Shown here piece by piece: positions 60,140 to 64,000 of a stretch of DNA of 64,000 bases. The notes under the pieces are model-generated. The model saw only the letters and a list, made by a program, of their open reading frames with translations. It searched no databases and was not told the DNA's origin. The stretch's first letter is position 1. Each line of letters opens with the position of its first letter. The DNA comes from Selaginella moellendorffii. Taxonomy: Eukaryota > Plantae > Lycopodiophyta. The translations under genes and the position numbers were made by a program. The stretch is taken from contig NW_003314272.1 of NCBI RefSeq assembly GCF_000143415.4, forward strand, positions 229,173-293,172. Direction: 5' to 3'.

Positions 60140-61508
60140 ATGGCTGTCAACAAGCTAAATAAGCAGCAAGAAGTTCTGGATGTCTGCGTAGACACTACCA
60201 AGGTTCTTTGCGTTTTGCTCAATCTCCATCAACCTTTCCTTTGATCTCACGCGAGAAAAAATAAATTCTTCCAGGAGATTCCGGCTGGGCGAGTTCTTCG
60301 CAAGGCGACGCTGGTATGGAAGCTGCTGGTGCTGCTCCTCGTCGCCGGCTGCGGCGTTTACATGTGTTTGATCGGCGTGGATCGAAGAACCACGTACGAT
60401 CGGCTCAGCCTCGATCCAATCCAGCAGGTCTGGCGGCGAGAGAATCTCTGCCCGAGGTTGTCGCGAGCCAAGTTCCCGCAACACTACCCCCAGCCAAGAA
60501 CTTACTCGAGGTTCCAGAAATCTTGGAAAGGATCTCTAGCTAGTTTCTAACAAAGGTGGTCGAAACTTTTTTTCTTCCAGGAAGGAATGCAGGTGCGTGC
60601 CAGTCCATTTCTTCGTCCTCCTCTCGATGCAGCGATCCGGCAGTGGATGGTTTGAGACGCTCCTCAACAGCCATCCAAACGTGAGCTCTCACGGCGAGAT
60701 CTTCTCCATCGGCCGGCGGCGCGCAAACTTTAGCACGATCAAGCAAACACTCGACGAGGTCTACAATCTGGAATGGTATTCCAGCGCTGCCAAGAACGAG
60801 TGCACGGCCGCGGTGGGATTCAAGTGGATGCTCAACCAAGTAGGTGAAAAAAGGTCTCTTTTCTTGCGTGATTCTTTCGTTTTTTCGCCATCCAGGGAGC
60901 TCTAGCACACGGTGACCAAGTCGCCGATTACTTCCGCTCGCGCGGCGTCTCCGTGGTTTTCCTCCAGAGAAGAAACTATCTCAAGCGATTGATCTCGGTC
61001 ATGGGAAACGCTTACGATCGAGCAAAGCCGCTCAATGGAACGCACGTCGCTCACGTCCACTCGCGAGAAGAGGTAAGCGATCAATCAGTCTCTTCCACAC
61101 CTCTATACCATCTCTTTTGCTCCAGGCCGAGCTCTTGGCTTCGTTCAAGCCCACCATCGACGTCGCAAACTTGCTCCAAAACCTCCGCCGCGTCCAAAAC
61201 ATGTCCGACGAGACGCTCCGGATCTTCGGCACGACACGCTTGACAGCGCTCTACTACGAAGATCTCGTAAAAAATCCTCGAAAGGTGATGGTTGATCTTG
61301 AGCTTTTCAGCTAAAAGAACCGCTTTTTTTCCAGAGGGTGGACGTAGTTCTTCGATTCCTGGGAGTGCCACGCCAAGATCTCCGCAGCAAGCACGTAAAG
61401 ATCCACACGAGACCCCTCCGCGACTCCATCACAAACTGGGACGACGTCTACAGGGCTCTCAACGGCACCGAGTTTGAGAGCCTTCTTCACGATCGCGACT
61501 ACTTGTGA
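60140..61508 (+). CDS. NodH-like P-loop sulfotransferase, type II membrane protein
   Basis: TM KLLVLLLVAGCGVYMCLIG; FFVLLSMQRSGSGWFETLLNSHPN.SSHGEIFS; SAAKNECTAAVGFKWMLNQG; YYEDLV. Confidence 0.9.
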
Positions 61509-61761
61509 TAGTGGAGGAAACCAAGACCATCTTGACGGAGTGTACATACAAGAGCTAGGCACGATCGATTCAACCTGGAATTCTTCTCCTCTTTTTTTTT
61601 TTGTTTGAAGCGTGTGTTTTTGTCAAGAACAATCGTTGACAATCGAAAGATTTCTTGTGTAAAGAATTTGAGTTATAGTAACACAAGCCTTTGTACAGTA
61701 AGGTGTCCTTATTGCACACGAAAAATGGTGCCTACAAGGATTTACACTAACGAGGAGCGAG

Positions 61762-62769
61762 CTAGCGAGCGAGAGAGAATGGCGAGCGAACCTGAGATCC
61801 ATCCATGTTTTGATCGGCTCCTGGCACTGGCACTGGCTGCGCTGTGAAGGCGAAGTTGGTCGGGTTCAATCCAGCGGAAAACGCGAAACCAGCCGGCGAC
61901 GTGGCTTCCAAAATCGGGAGTGATCCTCCCACTGCCGCTGTGATGGACGATCCGAATGCTTGGCCTCCGGGTTGCGACGTAAAGCAGTTGCCGAAGATCT
62001 CCTTCTCAAGCTGCTGGAGCTGCTGCTCCACTTCTGCGAGGAGAAACACTATAGTAAAGAAAGGAGCTTTTAAGGCTACGCACGACTTACCGGGGTTGAG
62101 CTTCACTGAAGGGCTCCTTTCCTTGACCCATTCGTAGCTTTGAGACAGTCTCCAGCCTTTGTGTCGCATCAAATACGCTATAACAACTGCCGGGGATCTG
62201 AAAAGGAAGACGAGAGTCTTATATCCATACTGTTTGATCCAAAAAGGATCACTCCACTATATGACCAACCTGCTTTGTCCGGACATACAATGGACGAGAA
62301 CCTTCGCGTTGTTTTGCCGGCTTTTCTCTACACACAATCCATCTTCCGATAGAACCACGCAAACGAAAGAAAAGAAAAGTTACCGATGAAATCCAGGCAC
62401 TCTTCCAGCGGTAATCTCTCCTCTTGTATGCAGTGATAAGTGAAAGAATTCTTGTAGAGATTCTGGCATCTCGCTACAGTCTAAGACAAACACCACAGTA
62501 TGAGGATACCCTAGAAAGGAGGAGAGGAGAGATCTTACATTCAAGATGTGCGTAATTCCCTGCGCCTTGAGGAGCTCCGCCCTGGAGGCATTGTCGTAGC
62601 TGCCGAGAAACAGGAAAGGCAAAATCTCCGCCGAGAAGGCGCTCTGCTGCGAACACTTCTCCTCGCCCGCCGTCCGGCGATGGCCACACACGCCGCAGGG
62701 CTCGCCATCCTCGAATTTGTGGTAGTGATTGCAGATGAAGCACGGATTCTCCCTCTCCCGCTTCCTCAT
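61762..62769 (-). CDS. IBR5: Dual-specificity protein phosphatase IBR5
   Basis: MRKRERENPC.IC.HYHK.E.GE.CGVCGH; FLFLGSYDNASRAELLK; VLVHCMSG. Confidence 0.95.
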
Positions 62770-62963
62770 GGCGCTCGCTCTCGCAAAGACGAGAGAAAGG
62801 ACTATAAGAACCCTAATCAAAACCCAGAGCGGTTGGCTTGAAATGAGCCAATAAGTCTTTGCCACATCAGCGGCAAAGTTGAAAGGGCTGCCACGTCGGC
62901 GGCCAAAGGGTTTTTACTTGGGCACTTCTTTGGTAGCAAGGCTCTCCCGCGCTGCTTGGGGCG

Positions 62964-64000
62964 ATGCCGCGCGAGATCATCACGCTCCAGGTGGGGCAAT
63001 GTGGGAACCAGATCGGCATGGAGTTTTGGAAGCAGCTCTGCCTGGAGCACGGCATCAACAGCGATGGCATCCTGGAGGATTTCGCGACTCAGGTCAGCTG
63101 CGCTCTCTTTCTCGCGATCTTTAAGGTTTTAGGTCTTGAGGGATCGATTGATTCGTCGCGGCAGGGCGGCGACCGGAAGGATGTGTTCTTCTACCAGGCC
63201 GATGACGAGCACTACATTCCCCGGGCGCTGCTTTTGGATTTGGAGCCCCGGGTGATCAACGGCATCCAAAACAGTGAATATCGAAATCTCTACAACCATG
63301 AGAACATCTTTGTGGCTGATCATGGAGGCGGTGCTGGGAATAACTGGGCGAGTGGCTATCACCAGGTATGAACTTTCTCTTGTTTTTTTTCTTCTTCTTT
63401 CTTTGGTTCTCATCTGGGAAAAAAATGCAGGGTGAGCAAGTTGAGGAAGATATCATGGATATGATCGACCGAGAGGCTGACGGCAGTGACAGTCTCGAAG
63501 GATTTGTTTTGTGTCACTCAATCGCCGGAGGAACAGGATCAGGTAGATTTTTCTATCCGTTTGTCTTAGAAAGCATGACCTCACTTGTTTCTAGAGCTAT
63601 AGATCTCTTTTGTCTGCCTGCTTAGAGCCAATGTGCTCACGTTGCTTTGGTTTGGTTTTCTCAGGAATGGGATCTTATCTACTGGAAGCCCTGAATGACC
63701 GATACAGCAAGAAACTCGTGCAGACTTACAGTGTGTTTCCAAACCAAATGGAGACAAGCGATGTGGTTGTCCAGCCATACAACTCACTGCTGACACTGAA
63801 GCGGTTGACGCTCAACGCCGATTGTGTTGTTGTCCTGGACAACACTGCGTTGAACAGAATTGCGGTGGATCGTCTTCACATTCCGAACCCGACTTTTGCA
63901 CAGACGAATTCCTTGGTGTCGACAGTGATGTCTGCGAGCACGACCACGCTGCGATATCCCGGCTATATGAACAACGATCTCGTTGGGCTTGTTGCCTCGT
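62964..64000 (+). CDS. TUBG: Gamma-tubulin (5' part, runs off the window)
   Basis: [53 protein letters not shown]. Confidence 0.98.

Overview
Eukaryotic plant nuclear DNA. Very short introns (about 50-70 bp), dense genes and the gene content suggest a lycophyte, most likely Selaginella; this is an inference. Positions 1-11 kb are transposon-rich: an interstitial telomere repeat, a long intact DUF7869/Sola1-like DDE transposase ORF, a Gypsy RT fragment and a tandem/inverted LTR complex. From 13 to 64 kb the window is gene-dense: RUS1, three SAURs, an unannotated tandem-PH-like gene, an MDR reductase, a PLS-type PPR, a Pro-rich TM protein with no in-frame ATG at its N-terminus, a divergent SUMO-like ORF, an OB-fold pseudogene, a decayed Gypsy element, P5CDH, BPS1-like, CAD, DREB2, a Raf-like pseudokinase, GSTZ, PRPS9, a probable Integrator subunit 5 (INTS5), a GT-2 trihelix factor, ClpP6, TON2/FASS, a NodH-like sulfotransferase, IBR5 and a partial gamma-tubulin. 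The strongest novelty candidate is the apparently full-length INTS5 homolog, a subunit not counted in the characterised Arabidopsis DSP1 complex. Family calls come from motif recognition by eye; no database searches were run.
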